The translations under genes and the position numbers were made by a program. From positions 1 through 62,227 of IMG/VR virus record IMGVR_UViG_3300011115_000168: a stretch of DNA of 62,227 nucleotides. One strand, given 5' to 3'. Source of the DNA: a virus. Lineage: Duplodnaviria > Caudoviricetes. Positions 6,160 through 15,345 of the stretch are shown here, in pieces; position 1 is the stretch's first letter, and the number at the start of each line of letters is the position of its first letter. Under the pieces are notes generated by a model. That model ran no database searches and was not told the origin of the DNA. It worked only from the letters and a program-made list of their open reading frames with translations.

Positions 6160-8688
6160 ATGGCTACTAATATGGACCGGGCGTTATACGCCGCTCCCCA
6201 AGGACTTGACCAGCTTGGCGAGATGGATGACCAAGAACCACTACAGATTACGGTGGTGGACCCTGAGTCAGTAGATATTGAAGGGCCCGGCTTCTCCATG
6301 CACATGGAGCCCTCTGACGAAGAAGACGACTTCGACGACAACCTAGCCGAGAGTATGAGTGAGGGTGACCTAGCTCAGTTGTCAGGCGACCTCATTGAAG
6401 ACTACGATACTGACATTGCCAGCCGCAAGGACTGGGTGCAGACATACGTGGACGGACTGCAGTTGTTGGGCCTGAAGCTTGAAGATCGGATGGAGCCGTG
6501 GCCCGGTGCTTGTGGTGTGTACCACCCGCTGTTGGCAGAGGCCGTGGTCAAGTTCCAAGCTGAGACCATGATGGAGACCTTCCCTGCATCGGGGCCGGTC
6601 AAGACCCAGATCATCGGCAAAGAAACCCCAGAGAAGAAAGCTGCGGCTGAGCGCGTTCAGAACGACATGAATTATCAGATGACTGATGTGATGGTCGAGT
6701 ACCGGCCTGAGCATGAGCGCATGTTGTGGGGCTTGGGCTTGGCGGGCAATGCGTTCAAGAAGGTGTACTTTGACCCGTCGTTGAACCGTCAAGTGTCTAT
6801 GTACGCGCCAGCGGAGGACGTGGTTGTGCCATACGGTGCGTCCAGTCTAGAGTCTTCGGAGCGGGTTACGCACGTCATGCGTAAAACAAAGAACGAACTA
6901 CGCCGACTTCAGCATGAGGGGTTCTACAGGAGTATAGACCTCGGAGACCCTATTAATGTCATGGACGACATTGAGAAGAAGATTGCAGAGAAACTGGGGT
7001 TCCGTGCTACCCAAGACAATCGGTACAAGTTTTTGGAGATGCAGGTTGACCTCGACCTCAAGGGCTACGAGCATGTAGATGAGGACGGTGAAGAGACGGG
7101 TATTGCCCTGCCATATATCGTCACTATTGAGAAGGGGACGGGGGAAGTAATGTCCATCCGTCGCAACTGGAGACCCGAGGATGACCATCATCAGAAACGT
7201 GCTCACTTTGTGCATTACCCTTACATTCCGGGTTTTGGCTTTTATGCTTTTGGCCTCATCCATCTTATTGGCGCTTACTCTAAATCTAGTACTAGTATTC
7301 TTCGTCAGCTTGTGGACGCTGGGACACTTTCTAATCTACCCGGTGGTTTTAAAACTAGGGGCCTTCGGACAAAAGGCGATGACACGCCAATCTCACCGGG
7401 AGAGTTCCGGGACGTAGATGTACCGAGCGGCACTATCAAGGACAACTTGATGGCGCTCCCTTACAAAGAGCCTAGCCAAGTGCTGATGGCCTTGTTGCAG
7501 CAGATGATTCAAGAGGGCCGCAGCTTCGCTGGTTCCATGGAGTTGCAGGCGTCGGACATGTCTGCACAGGCTCCTGTGGGTACGACGTTGGCGATTCTTG
7601 AGCGTAGTCTAAAGACGATGAGTGCTATTCAGGCACGCATCCACTACGCAATGAAGCAAGAGTTCAAGCTCTTGCGAGACATCATCCGTGACTACACCCC
7701 TGATGACTACAGCTACGAGCCCGAGGAAGGTGGGCGGCAAGCCAAGCAGTCTGACTATGACTTGGTAGATGTCATCCCTGTTAGCGATCCCAACGCCACT
7801 ACCATGGCGCAGAAGGTTGTGCAGTATCAGGCGGCTCTACAGTTAGCACAGACGGCTCCTCAGTTGTATGACCTCCCCATCTTGCATCGTCAGATGTTGG
7901 ACGTGCTTGGCATCAAGAACTACCAGAAGCTTGTGCCCATCGAAGACGACATGAAGCCGCGCGACCCCGTGACGGAGAACATGAACATCCTCAAGGGCAA
8001 GCCGGTCAAGGCCTTCTTGTACCAAGACCACAAGGCACACATCGTCGTGCATATGGCGGCGGTGAAAGACCCGCACATCCAAGAGTTGATCGGGCAAGAC
8101 CCCCAGCTTCAGCAGAAAGTACTTGGAGCTATGTCTGCTCACATTGCAGAGCATCTGGGTATGGAGTACCGCAAGCAGCTTGAAGAGGTTATGGGGCAGA
8201 CACTACCAGCCTACGAGGATGACCAAGATGAGGTGATGATGTCTCCAGAGATGGAGGTCAGGGTTTCTCAGTTGGCGGCACAAGCAGGCCAGCAGTTGCT
8301 CCAGCAGCACCAGCAAGAATCTCAGCAAGCTAAGAATGCACAGGCAGCGGCTGATCCGCTACTGCAGCTTCAACAACAAGAACTGCAGATCAAGCAGGGT
8401 GAATTGCAGCGCAAGACCCAAAAAGACATGCAGGATATGCGAGCCAAGATGGCGCAGATTGATGTTGAGATGAAGCGTATTGAAGCCCAGCAGGAAACTG
8501 AAGGAGCCAAGCTTGCGGTACAGGCTCAGAACAGCAAGGAGCAGCGTGACCACCAGCATACGTCGGAAGGCTTTAAGGCCAAGGTGGATATGGTGAAACA
8601 CAATGCACAGCTTCAACAGCAACGAGAAATGCAAGCAGCACAGGCTGCACAAAATCAAGCGGCTAAGCCCGCGAAGAAAGGTGAATGA
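6160..8688 (+). CDS. Portal protein with long Gln-rich C-terminal coiled coil
   Basis: 842 aa directly after TerL; P22-like portal size and C-terminal helical extension. Confidence 0.85.
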   Translation: MATNMDRALYAAPQGLDQLGEMDDQEPLQITVVDPESVDIEGPGFSMHMEPSDEEDDFDDNLAESMSEGDLAQLSGDLIEDYDTDIASRKDWVQTYVDGLQLLGLKLEDRMEPWPGACGVYHPLLAEAVVKFQAETMMETFPASGPVKTQIIGKETPEKKAAAERVQNDMNYQMTDVMVEYRPEHERMLWGLGLAGNAFKKVYFDPSLNRQVSMYAPAEDVVVPYGASSLESSERVTHVMRKTKNELRRLQHEGFYRSIDLGDPINVMDDIEKKIAEKLGFRATQDNRYKFLEMQVDLDLKGYEHVDEDGEETGIALPYIVTIEKGTGEVMSIRRNWRPEDDHHQKRAHFVHYPYIPGFGFYAFGLIHLIGAYSKSSTSILRQLVDAGTLSNLPGGFKTRGLRTKGDDTPISPGEFRDVDVPSGTIKDNLMALPYKEPSQVLMALLQQMIQEGRSFAGSMELQASDMSAQAPVGTTLAILERSLKTMSAIQARIHYAMKQEFKLLRDIIRDYTPDDYSYEPEEGGRQAKQSDYDLVDVIPVSDPNATTMAQKVVQYQAALQLAQTAPQLYDLPILHRQMLDVLGIKNYQKLVPIEDDMKPRDPVTENMNILKGKPVKAFLYQDHKAHIVVHMAAVKDPHIQELIGQDPQLQQKVLGAMSAHIAEHLGMEYRKQLEEVMGQTLPAYEDDQDEVMMSPEMEVRVSQLAAQAGQQLLQQHQQESQQAKNAQAAADPLLQLQQQELQIKQGELQRKTQKDMQDMRAKMAQIDVEMKRIEAQQETEGAKLAVQAQNSKEQRDHQHTSEGFKAKVDMVKHNAQLQQQREMQAAQAAQNQAAKPAKKGE

Positions 8689-8891
8689 TGGACGATGGTC
8701 GCAAGCTAATCAGCATCATTAACCAACGAATTGACGAAGGCGTCAAACACATCGAAGAATCTCTAGCTGCGAAAGGGGCTAAGAGCTTTGACGATTATTG
8801 CGAGATGTGTGGGGTTATCAAAGGTCTGCTCACCGCTCGCTCTTATCTATCAGACCTTACACACCAACTGGAGAAGTTAGACGATGAATGA
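8685..8891 (+). CDS. Hypothetical protein
   Basis: Coupled ORF between portal and GroES-like gene. Confidence 0.7.
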   Translation: MMDDGRKLISIINQRIDEGVKHIEESLAAKGAKSFDDYCEMCGVIKGLLTARSYLSDLTHQLEKLDDE

Positions 8892-9291
8892 AGCTTATGA
8901 CATCAGGGCGGTGGACTTGTCCGCTGTACTGAACACATCAGCAGAAGAGAAAGCAAAGCAGTTACCCATGCCTTCGGGCTATCGGATTCTGTGCGCTATC
9001 CCTGAAGCTGAGAAAGAGTATGAAGGCGGACTAGGTTTGGTTAAGGCAGATGAAACCATGCGCAATGAAGAGTTGCTCACCACGGTTCTGTTTGTCGTTG
9101 ATCTAGGTCCCGACTGCTACAAAGACCCAACTCGGTTCCCCACCGGGCCATGGTGCAAAAAAGGTGATTTTGTCTTGGTTCGGCCTCACGCTGGCACTCG
9201 ACTGCTCATCCATGACCGTGAATTCCGCATCATCAACGACGATTCTGTCGAAGGCGTTGTAGAAGACCCACGGGGAATCAAACGCAAATAA
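8884..9291 (+). CDS. GroES/Cpn10-like co-chaperonin
   Basis: PxGYRIL...GG(L)...VVDLGP...KKGDFVL...GT...FRIINDDSVEGVV pattern. Confidence 0.8.
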   Translation: MNEAYDIRAVDLSAVLNTSAEEKAKQLPMPSGYRILCAIPEAEKEYEGGLGLVKADETMRNEELLTTVLFVVDLGPDCYKDPTRFPTGPWCKKGDFVLVRPHAGTRLLIHDREFRIINDDSVEGVVEDPRGIKRK

Positions 9292-9300
9292 GGAGCGCAC

Positions 9301-10275
9301 ATGTCTAGATTCGGAGAAGAATACAAGTTTCCTGATGAGATCGATGCCAAGGCAGACGATGAGCAGAAGATGGAAATTACTGTTGAGGGCGATGAAGACG
9401 TAGAAGTCAACATCGTTGATGACACCCCTAAAGAAGACCAGCATATTGACCCGTTGCCGGAGTCAATCAAGGAGGACCTTGAGAAAGCTGATGAATCTGC
9501 TGAATATTCTAAGAATGTAAAACAGAAATTTACACAGTACAAGAAAGCTTGGCACGACGAACGTCGGGCTAAAGAGGCGGCTCTCCGTGAGCAGCAAGAG
9601 GCTTTGGCGGCTGCGCAGCAGATTTTGGATGAGAACCGCCGACTGAGAACCATGGTGCAGAGTGGGGAGAAAGAACTTATCTCCACCTATCAGAGCTCCG
9701 CCGAGATGGAGCTTGAAACAGCTTCTAGGAACTACCGGGAAGCGTATGACTCGGGAGATTCCGAAAAATTGCTATTGGCACAGCGGGCGTTGACACAGGC
9801 GGAGATGAAGCTAGATAAGACTAAAAATTATCGGCCTACTGTACAACCGCCTGAAAATAGTGTACAAACTACACCGCAACCGCAAGCGGCTCCTCAGATG
9901 GACCCTAAGGTCGCAAACTGGGTGTCCAAAAACCCTTGGTTTGTGTCCCGTGACAAAGTGGCAATGCGCAAGTATGCCGAAGGTGTCCACGAAGAGCTAG
10001 AAGTGCGGTACGGTAGAGCATTTGTTGGTACTGATGAATATTTCACCAGTATTGATAAAGAAGTCCAACGTAGGTTCCCAGAAGAATTTACGGCTTCTAA
10101 GAACGATGGCGGTGATAAGCCCCAGCGTACAAGACCAAGCACGGTGGTAGCACCAGCTAAACGCAGTACTGCGCCGAAGCAAGTTCAACTGACTAAAACT
10201 CAGGCTGGCATTGCTAAAAAACTTGGAGTAACTCTTGAGCAATACGCTCGGGAATTTAATAAATTGGAGGCCTAA
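9301..10275 (+). CDS. Putative capsid scaffolding protein
   Basis: Acidic N-terminus, coiled coil, C-terminal LT..Q..IAKKLGVTLEQYA helix; upstream of MCP. Confidence 0.7.
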   Translation: MSRFGEEYKFPDEIDAKADDEQKMEITVEGDEDVEVNIVDDTPKEDQHIDPLPESIKEDLEKADESAEYSKNVKQKFTQYKKAWHDERRAKEAALREQQEALAAAQQILDENRRLRTMVQSGEKELISTYQSSAEMELETASRNYREAYDSGDSEKLLLAQRALTQAEMKLDKTKNYRPTVQPPENSVQTTPQPQAAPQMDPKVANWVSKNPWFVSRDKVAMRKYAEGVHEELEVRYGRAFVGTDEYFTSIDKEVQRRFPEEFTASKNDGGDKPQRTRPSTVVAPAKRSTAPKQVQLTKTQAGIAKKLGVTLEQYAREFNKLEA

Positions 10276-10277
10276 AA

Positions 10278-10727
10278 ATGGCTGAGAACAGACTACAACG
10301 CGAGATGACTGCACGGGTGATGGACGAACGTCCTAAGAAGTGGATGCCAGCAGAAATGCTGCCTGAACCTGACAAACAACCGGGCTATGCGTACAGATGG
10401 ATTCGGGTTTCTACTTTGAATGCTGCTGATCCTCGTAATATCTCGGGCAAATTCCGAGAAGGATGGGAACCAGTCGGTATTGAAGAGCAGCCTAGATTTC
10501 GGTTATTGGCTGATCCAACTAGTCGATTCAAAGACAACATTGAGATTGGCGGGCTATTGCTCTGCAAGACACCAGAAGAGTTTGTTGAACAGCGGGATGA
10601 ATTTTTCGCAAATCAATCACGGGCTCAGATGGAAGCTGTAGACAATACCATGATGCGCCAGAGTGACCCGAGGATGCCGCTGTTTAAAGAGCGAAAATCT
10701 TCTACTAGCTTTGGCAAGGGTATTTAA
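10278..10727 (+). CDS. Head-module hypothetical protein
   Basis: GGAG RBS; YRWIR...REGWEPV...GGLLLCK. Confidence 0.75.
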   Translation: MAENRLQREMTARVMDERPKKWMPAEMLPEPDKQPGYAYRWIRVSTLNAADPRNISGKFREGWEPVGIEEQPRFRLLADPTSRFKDNIEIGGLLLCKTPEEFVEQRDEFFANQSRAQMEAVDNTMMRQSDPRMPLFKERKSSTSFGKGI

Positions 10728-10744
10728 TTTTTTTGGAGTTAACT

Positions 10745-11341
10745 ATGGCTTATCCTACCGTTAGCGCTCCGTACGGCCTAAAGCCTGTCAATCGAATTGA
10801 CGGCATGCCTTACGCTGGTGCTTTCCGTCAGATTCCCGTTGCTGCTTCGTTTGCTACTGCTATCTTCTTTGGAGATACGGTTCAAATTGACAGTGATGGC
10901 TATCTGATTAAATCAACCACTACCAACTCGGGTACTATCGTCGGCGTTTGCATGGGCGGTCAGTATGTCAACTCTAGCGGTCAAACCGTTCAGGGTCAGT
11001 ATCTACCGGCTTCTATCTCGACCTCGACTAACCTTGCATACGCATACGTAATTGATGATCCTATGGCCCTGTTCAAGGTCGCCGTGGTTTCGTCTGGTAC
11101 GACCATGAGTTCCGCAGGGCGCACTGTGGTGGGTACTAACTTGGCTTTGGTATTGAACGCTGGCAGCACCACCACTGGTGATTCTGCTTTCGCCGTTACC
11201 TTGACCGGTGCTGGTACTACCGCAACTATCCCAATCCGTGTTATCGACGTAGTGCCTGAAACTGCTACCGCAGCCGACACTTACACCGAGCTATTGGTGA
11301 AGATTAACACTCACCAATATAACAACACCACTGGTGTTTAA
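10745..11341 (+). CDS. Putative capsid decoration/cement protein
   Basis: Thr/Ser/Ala-rich beta protein immediately upstream of MCP. Confidence 0.6.
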   Translation: MAYPTVSAPYGLKPVNRIDGMPYAGAFRQIPVAASFATAIFFGDTVQIDSDGYLIKSTTTNSGTIVGVCMGGQYVNSSGQTVQGQYLPASISTSTNLAYAYVIDDPMALFKVAVVSSGTTMSSAGRTVVGTNLALVLNAGSTTTGDSAFAVTLTGAGTTATIPIRVIDVVPETATAADTYTELLVKINTHQYNNTTGV

Positions 11342-11351
11342 GGAGTAAATC

Positions 11352-12266
11352 ATGGCTATTTCACGCGCACAACTACTTAAAGAGTTGCTCCCCGGTCTGA
11401 ACGCTCTGTTCGGTCTTGAGTATGCTACCTACCAAGAAGAGCACAAGGAACTCTACGAAACTGAGACCTCCGAGCGTTCTTTTGAAGAGGAAACCAAGCT
11501 GTCTGGCTTTAGTGCTGCACCGGTTAAGAACGAGGGTTCTGCCATCCAGTACGACAATGCACAGGAAGCATGGACTGCACGCTACAACCACGAAACCATC
11601 GCTTTGGGCTTCTCCCTGACGGAAGAGGCAATCGAAGACAATCTGTATGACAGCTTGTCCGCTCGTTACACCAAGGCTCTGGCTCGCGGTATGGCGTACA
11701 CCAAGCAAACCAAGGCTGCTGCGGTTTTGAACAATGGCTTCACTAACTCCGCTGCATACTACGGCGGCGACGGTGTACCTCTGTTTAGCACTGCTCACCC
11801 GCTGATTAGCGGCGGCACTAACAGCAATCGTCCTTCCACTAACGCTGACCTGAACGAGACTTCTTTGGAAGCCGCCGTTATCCAGATCGCCGCTTGGACT
11901 GATGAGCGCGGTTTGCTGATTGCAGCTAAGCCCAAGAAGCTGATTGTTCCTCCTGCTCTGCAGTTCGTTGCTACCCGTCTGTTGGAAACCAGCCTCCGTG
12001 TTGGCACTACCGACAACGATATCAACGCGTTGAAGAACAATGGTTCGATCCCCGAAGGCTATACCGTCAACCACTACCTGACCGATACCAATGGCTGGTA
12101 CTTGACGACTGACGTTCCTAACGGTCTGAAGCACTTCGTTCGTACTCCGCTGGCTAACAGCATGGACGGCGACTTCGACACCGGTAACGTCCGTTACAAG
12201 TCCCGCGAGCGTTATTCGTTCGGCTGGTCTGACCCTCTGGGTATGTTCGGTTCACCCGGCGCTTAA
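11352..12266 (+). CDS. Major capsid protein
   Basis: 304 aa with AAGGAG RBS, optimised codons, P..LIVPPAL motif and a strong terminator downstream. Confidence 0.9.
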   Translation: MAISRAQLLKELLPGLNALFGLEYATYQEEHKELYETETSERSFEEETKLSGFSAAPVKNEGSAIQYDNAQEAWTARYNHETIALGFSLTEEAIEDNLYDSLSARYTKALARGMAYTKQTKAAAVLNNGFTNSAAYYGGDGVPLFSTAHPLISGGTNSNRPSTNADLNETSLEAAVIQIAAWTDERGLLIAAKPKKLIVPPALQFVATRLLETSLRVGTTDNDINALKNNGSIPEGYTVNHYLTDTNGWYLTTDVPNGLKHFVRTPLANSMDGDFDTGNVRYKSRERYSFGWSDPLGMFGSPGA

Positions 12267-12275
12267 GCTGGGGTT

Positions 12276-12307
12276 GAGAAAAGGGGCCTTGTGCCCCTTT
12301 TCTTTTT
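12276..12307 (+). terminator. Rho-independent terminator after MCP
   Basis: AGAAAAGGGGC-CTTGT-GCCCCTTTTCT followed by a T run. Confidence 0.85.
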
Positions 12308-12317
12308 GGTGTATATT
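12289..12317 (+). promoter_or_regulatory. Promoter TTGTGC-17-TATATT embedded in the terminator
   Basis: -35 starts in the terminator loop; exact 17-bp spacer. Confidence 0.5.
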
Positions 12318-12326
12318 GTTCCCATT

Positions 12327-12401
12327 CCGGGGTTACCGGCGCATCAAACTAGTCCCGGCTAGACGACATACCGATTGATGCGCTCTACTTGTATGTGAGG
12401 A
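12327..12401 (+). ncRNA. Candidate double-pseudoknot cis-regulatory RNA
   Basis: GCGCATCAA/TTGATGCGC, CTAG/CTAG, CCGGGG/TCCCGG and ACATAC/GTATGT pairings ending at the RBS. Confidence 0.55.
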
Positions 12402-12407
12402 TTTATC

Positions 12408-12932
12408 ATGGGATTCGCTACTCATCTTGGCCCGTGGCTGCTCGGCACTGTCCGCAACACCACTGGCACTACCGTCGGCACTATTGAAAACTGCGGTGCA
12501 ACCGTTGTTTCTCAGACCTTCAAGAAGAACTACACCGGTCAGGCTGCTTCCGCAACCACTGACACCATCTGCGTACTCCCCGCAGGCGCTCAGATTCACA
12601 ACATCCATATTGATACCATTGTGGCGTTTACAGGCTCTACCGCAGCCAACGTGACTATTGGTGACGGCACTACCGCCGCTTTGTATTGGGCCTCTACAGA
12701 CGTTACAGCCCAAGGTCGTGCGGCAACTAGCAATGCGGCCACTAAGTTGGGCGCATGGTGCGGCGCGGCCTCTACCGCTTCGCCTAACGGTATCGGTATT
12801 GGTGCAACGGATGTCAAAGTAATTGCCACAATGACCCCAACGGTTGCTGCGGTGACTGCTGGTACGGTTCAGTACACGATTCTCTACACCGTAGCCGACT
12901 CTAACGGTACGCAGTTCCCAGCGTCTGCTTAA
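12408..12932 (+). CDS. Putative virion structural/decoration protein
   Basis: Thr/Ala-rich; follows MCP. Confidence 0.65.
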   Translation: MGFATHLGPWLLGTVRNTTGTTVGTIENCGATVVSQTFKKNYTGQAASATTDTICVLPAGAQIHNIHIDTIVAFTGSTAANVTIGDGTTAALYWASTDVTAQGRAATSNAATKLGAWCGAASTASPNGIGIGATDVKVIATMTPTVAAVTAGTVQYTILYTVADSNGTQFPASA

Positions 12933-12939
12933 TTAGTCT

Positions 12940-12957
12940 CGGGGGCTTCGGCCCCCG
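12940..12957 (+). terminator. UUCG hairpin (stabiliser or weak terminator)
   Basis: CGGGGGC-TTCG-GCCCCCG with a weak U tract. Confidence 0.5.
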
Positions 12958-12975
12958 TCTTACAGGAGATTAGTT

Positions 12976-13494
12976 ATGATGCAAACAGATGTATTAGCCG
13001 GACACCTTGATGTTTCGGGTTTTATTGCCCCTGCTGGGCGTTTTCGTGTAAAACAAGTTACTTATCAAGGCAGCGGTGGCGGGGCTGGTGTTGTAGAAAT
13101 ATTTGATACAACCGTTGCGCCAACTACAGCTAGCTACGGTAGATCAGGAACATTGGTTACGGTAACTAAATCCGCGCATGGTTTATCAACAGGTAATAGA
13201 GTGGGTATTGGTTTTAGCGCCGCTTCAGGAGCATCTGGAACAGATGGAAATTACACAATAACTGTAGTTGACTCTAGTACTTTTACATTTGATGACCCAA
13301 ATTCAGGAACTGTAACCCCCGGTACAGCTTGCCGATATGTAAACAGTGGCGCTCGTTGGCTGGTTAGTTTTGGTACTTCTACAAGTGTGACAACTCCTGT
13401 GGCCATTTTAATACCTGGAGAAGGTCTTTTGGCGGCTTTGGGTGTTTATGCAAACATATCAAATACCAGCTATGTAACGGTGTTCTATGGCTGA
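12976..13494 (+). CDS. Putative structural protein
   Basis: Ser/Thr/Gly-rich beta protein with AGGAG RBS. Confidence 0.65.
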   Translation: MMQTDVLAGHLDVSGFIAPAGRFRVKQVTYQGSGGGAGVVEIFDTTVAPTTASYGRSGTLVTVTKSAHGLSTGNRVGIGFSAASGASGTDGNYTITVVDSSTFTFDDPNSGTVTPGTACRYVNSGARWLVSFGTSTSVTTPVAILIPGEGLLAALGVYANISNTSYVTVFYG

Positions 13495-14230
13495 TAAGAG
13501 CTTCAATCTAGTGGGACGCAAGATCATGCTTGCGATTCCGTGTTATGACGGCAAGGTCAATATCAAGACCGCGTTTGCCATTGCACAGCTTGTCCCTATG
13601 CTAGATAAGATGGGTGTTCAGATTCATCTGGCGCACCTGTCTGGCTGCTCGATCATCTCCAAAGCACGGAACAAGTTGGTCGGGAACTTCATGTCCTCTG
13701 ACTGCACCGACCTACTTTTTGTGGATGCGGATGTGGTCATCAACGTCGAGGCAGTTACCCGCTTGCTGGCGCTGTCTACTGACAAGGATGTAGTGGCTGG
13801 AACCTATCCTCGCCGTGCTACCGATGCCAAGTTCTTCCTTGACTTCTACTTGGACGAAGAGAACAAGCTGGAGTTTGATGAGAACGGTCTGATGCGCGTT
13901 GAGAGTGTAGCAACTGGTTTCATGTTGATCCGTCGCCATGTCCTTGAGCACATGATTTCTACCCACCCTGAGTGGCGGTACGCTGGCGATGGTGACGGTG
14001 AAGATGAGTACGCCGTGTTTGACTTCCTACTTGTGGACGGACAGTACATTGGTGAGGACTACACGTTCTGCCGCCGTGCGCGGGCAGAGGGGTTTAAGAT
14101 TTATCTTGACCCGATGATCAGCTTGCCACACATTGGCACACAGGAATTTACCCGTAACTTTGAGCAAGACGCTTTGCAGCCCCTGATAAAGGAACATGCA
14201 CGCTTGCATTTGAAAGTAGTAAATGGCTAA
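13487..14230 (+). CDS. GT-A fold glycosyltransferase-like protein
   Basis: LAIPCY, ARN, LLFVDADV (DxD), ATGFMLI and GEDYTFC motifs. Confidence 0.75.
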   Translation: MADKSFNLVGRKIMLAIPCYDGKVNIKTAFAIAQLVPMLDKMGVQIHLAHLSGCSIISKARNKLVGNFMSSDCTDLLFVDADVVINVEAVTRLLALSTDKDVVAGTYPRRATDAKFFLDFYLDEENKLEFDENGLMRVESVATGFMLIRRHVLEHMISTHPEWRYAGDGDGEDEYAVFDFLLVDGQYIGEDYTFCRRARAEGFKIYLDPMISLPHIGTQEFTRNFEQDALQPLIKEHARLHLKVVNG

Positions 14231-14468
14231 AACAGCAGCATGGACTCGCAAAGAAGGCAAGAATCCCAATGGTGGCCTGAACGCCAAAGGGAGAGCATCC
14301 GCAAAAAAACAGGGGATGAATTTAAAACCTCCCCAGCCGGAAGGCGGCAGCAGGCGCGACTCCTTCTGCGCAAGGATGAGTGGGATGAAGAAAAAACTCA
14401 CCAGCGAGAAGACCGCGAACGACCCAAATTCCCGTATCAATAAATCGCTGAAAGCATGGAATTGCTAA
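14223..14468 (+). CDS. Small highly basic protein
   Basis: Lys/Arg-rich; GGLNAKGRAS...RRDSFCARM. Confidence 0.75.
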   Translation: MAKTAAWTRKEGKNPNGGLNAKGRASAKKQGMNLKPPQPEGGSRRDSFCARMSGMKKKLTSEKTANDPNSRINKSLKAWNC

Positions 14469-14711
14469 ATGGAGTCGCTCAATACAGTATGGTCTGCGGG
14501 CCTAACAATGGCTACGACGGTGATCGGGTTTCTGCTCAAGGAGAAATTTGCAGAACTGAACCGGATAAGCATTTTGCTCAATAAGACACGAGAGGAAATC
14601 GCCCGTGATTACGTTACTCAAACAGAAATTCAGCGCATTACTGACCACATTGACCGGCAGTTTAACAAGCTTGAAGCAAAAATTGACCAGCTTATTCAAG
14701 CGGGGAAGTGA
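14469..14711 (+). CDS. Small protein with N-terminal hydrophobic helix and coiled coil
   Basis: Coupled ORF. Confidence 0.7.
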   Translation: MESLNTVWSAGLTMATTVIGFLLKEKFAELNRISILLNKTREEIARDYVTQTEIQRITDHIDRQFNKLEAKIDQLIQAGK

Positions 14712-15100
14712 TGCCAAGCAGTAGTGCAAAGCAGCATAGATTCATGGAGGCGGTGGCTCACAACCCATCGTTCGCCAAGAAAGCAGGGGTTCCACAGTCC
14801 GTGGGCCAAGATTTTAGCAAAGCCGATAAAGGCAAAACATTTAAACGAGGTGGTGATATGGCTACAAAGATGGACCCCAAGATGATGGCTATGATGATGA
14901 AGAAAAAATCACCTGCAGCCCCCCGCTCCGCAATGGCTCCCGCCGCCCCTGCTGGTGGTATGGGCATGATGAAAAAGGGTGGCATGGCTAAGATGGCTGG
15001 CGGCGGTTTGGCTGCTGGTCACAAGAGCGCTGATGGCATTGCCTCTAAGGGTAAGACCAAGGGTAAAGAAATCGCAATGAAGCGCGGCGGTAAGTGCTAA
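14708..15100 (+). CDS. Basic Met/Lys-rich protein with xxxGG motifs
   Basis: FKRGG, MKKGG, MAGGG, MKRGG; ADGIASKGKTKG. Confidence 0.75.
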   Translation: MMPSSSAKQHRFMEAVAHNPSFAKKAGVPQSVGQDFSKADKGKTFKRGGDMATKMDPKMMAMMMKKKSPAAPRSAMAPAAPAGGMGMMKKGGMAKMAGGGLAAGHKSADGIASKGKTKGKEIAMKRGGKC

Positions 15101-15110
15101 GGAGCTAATC

Positions 15111-15335
15111 ATGGCTACTAAACCCTCCAACTACGACGACGTGATGGATGCCAAGATGCAGGCTAAAAACAATGCTGCATACGACGCTGCTGACAGCACT
15201 CCTGCAAACCCCAAATCCACTGCGGGTGCGGGGCAAGGCATGCGGGGTGTCAAGAAGATGGCTAAGGGTGGTTCCGCTTCTAGCCGTGCGGACGGCATTG
15301 CTCAACGTGGTAAGACTCGCGGCATGATTTGCTAA
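15111..15335 (+). CDS. Small basic protein with MAKGG and SASSRADGIAQRGKTRG module
   Basis: AAGGAG RBS; shares a module with its neighbours. Confidence 0.75.
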   Translation: MATKPSNYDDVMDAKMQAKNNAAYDAADSTPANPKSTAGAGQGMRGVKKMAKGGSASSRADGIAQRGKTRGMIC

Positions 15336-15345
15336 GGAGAACAAA

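Noticed and set aside
9838-9872. TGTACAA direct repeat or internal promoter in the scaffold gene
   Set aside because: Short, and a poor match to promoter consensus; not supportable without TSS data
11373-12134. Long antisense ORFs (also 5496-6131, 35886-36641, 45825-46583)
   Set aside because: Shadow frames of strongly codon-biased genes, with no RBS or motifs
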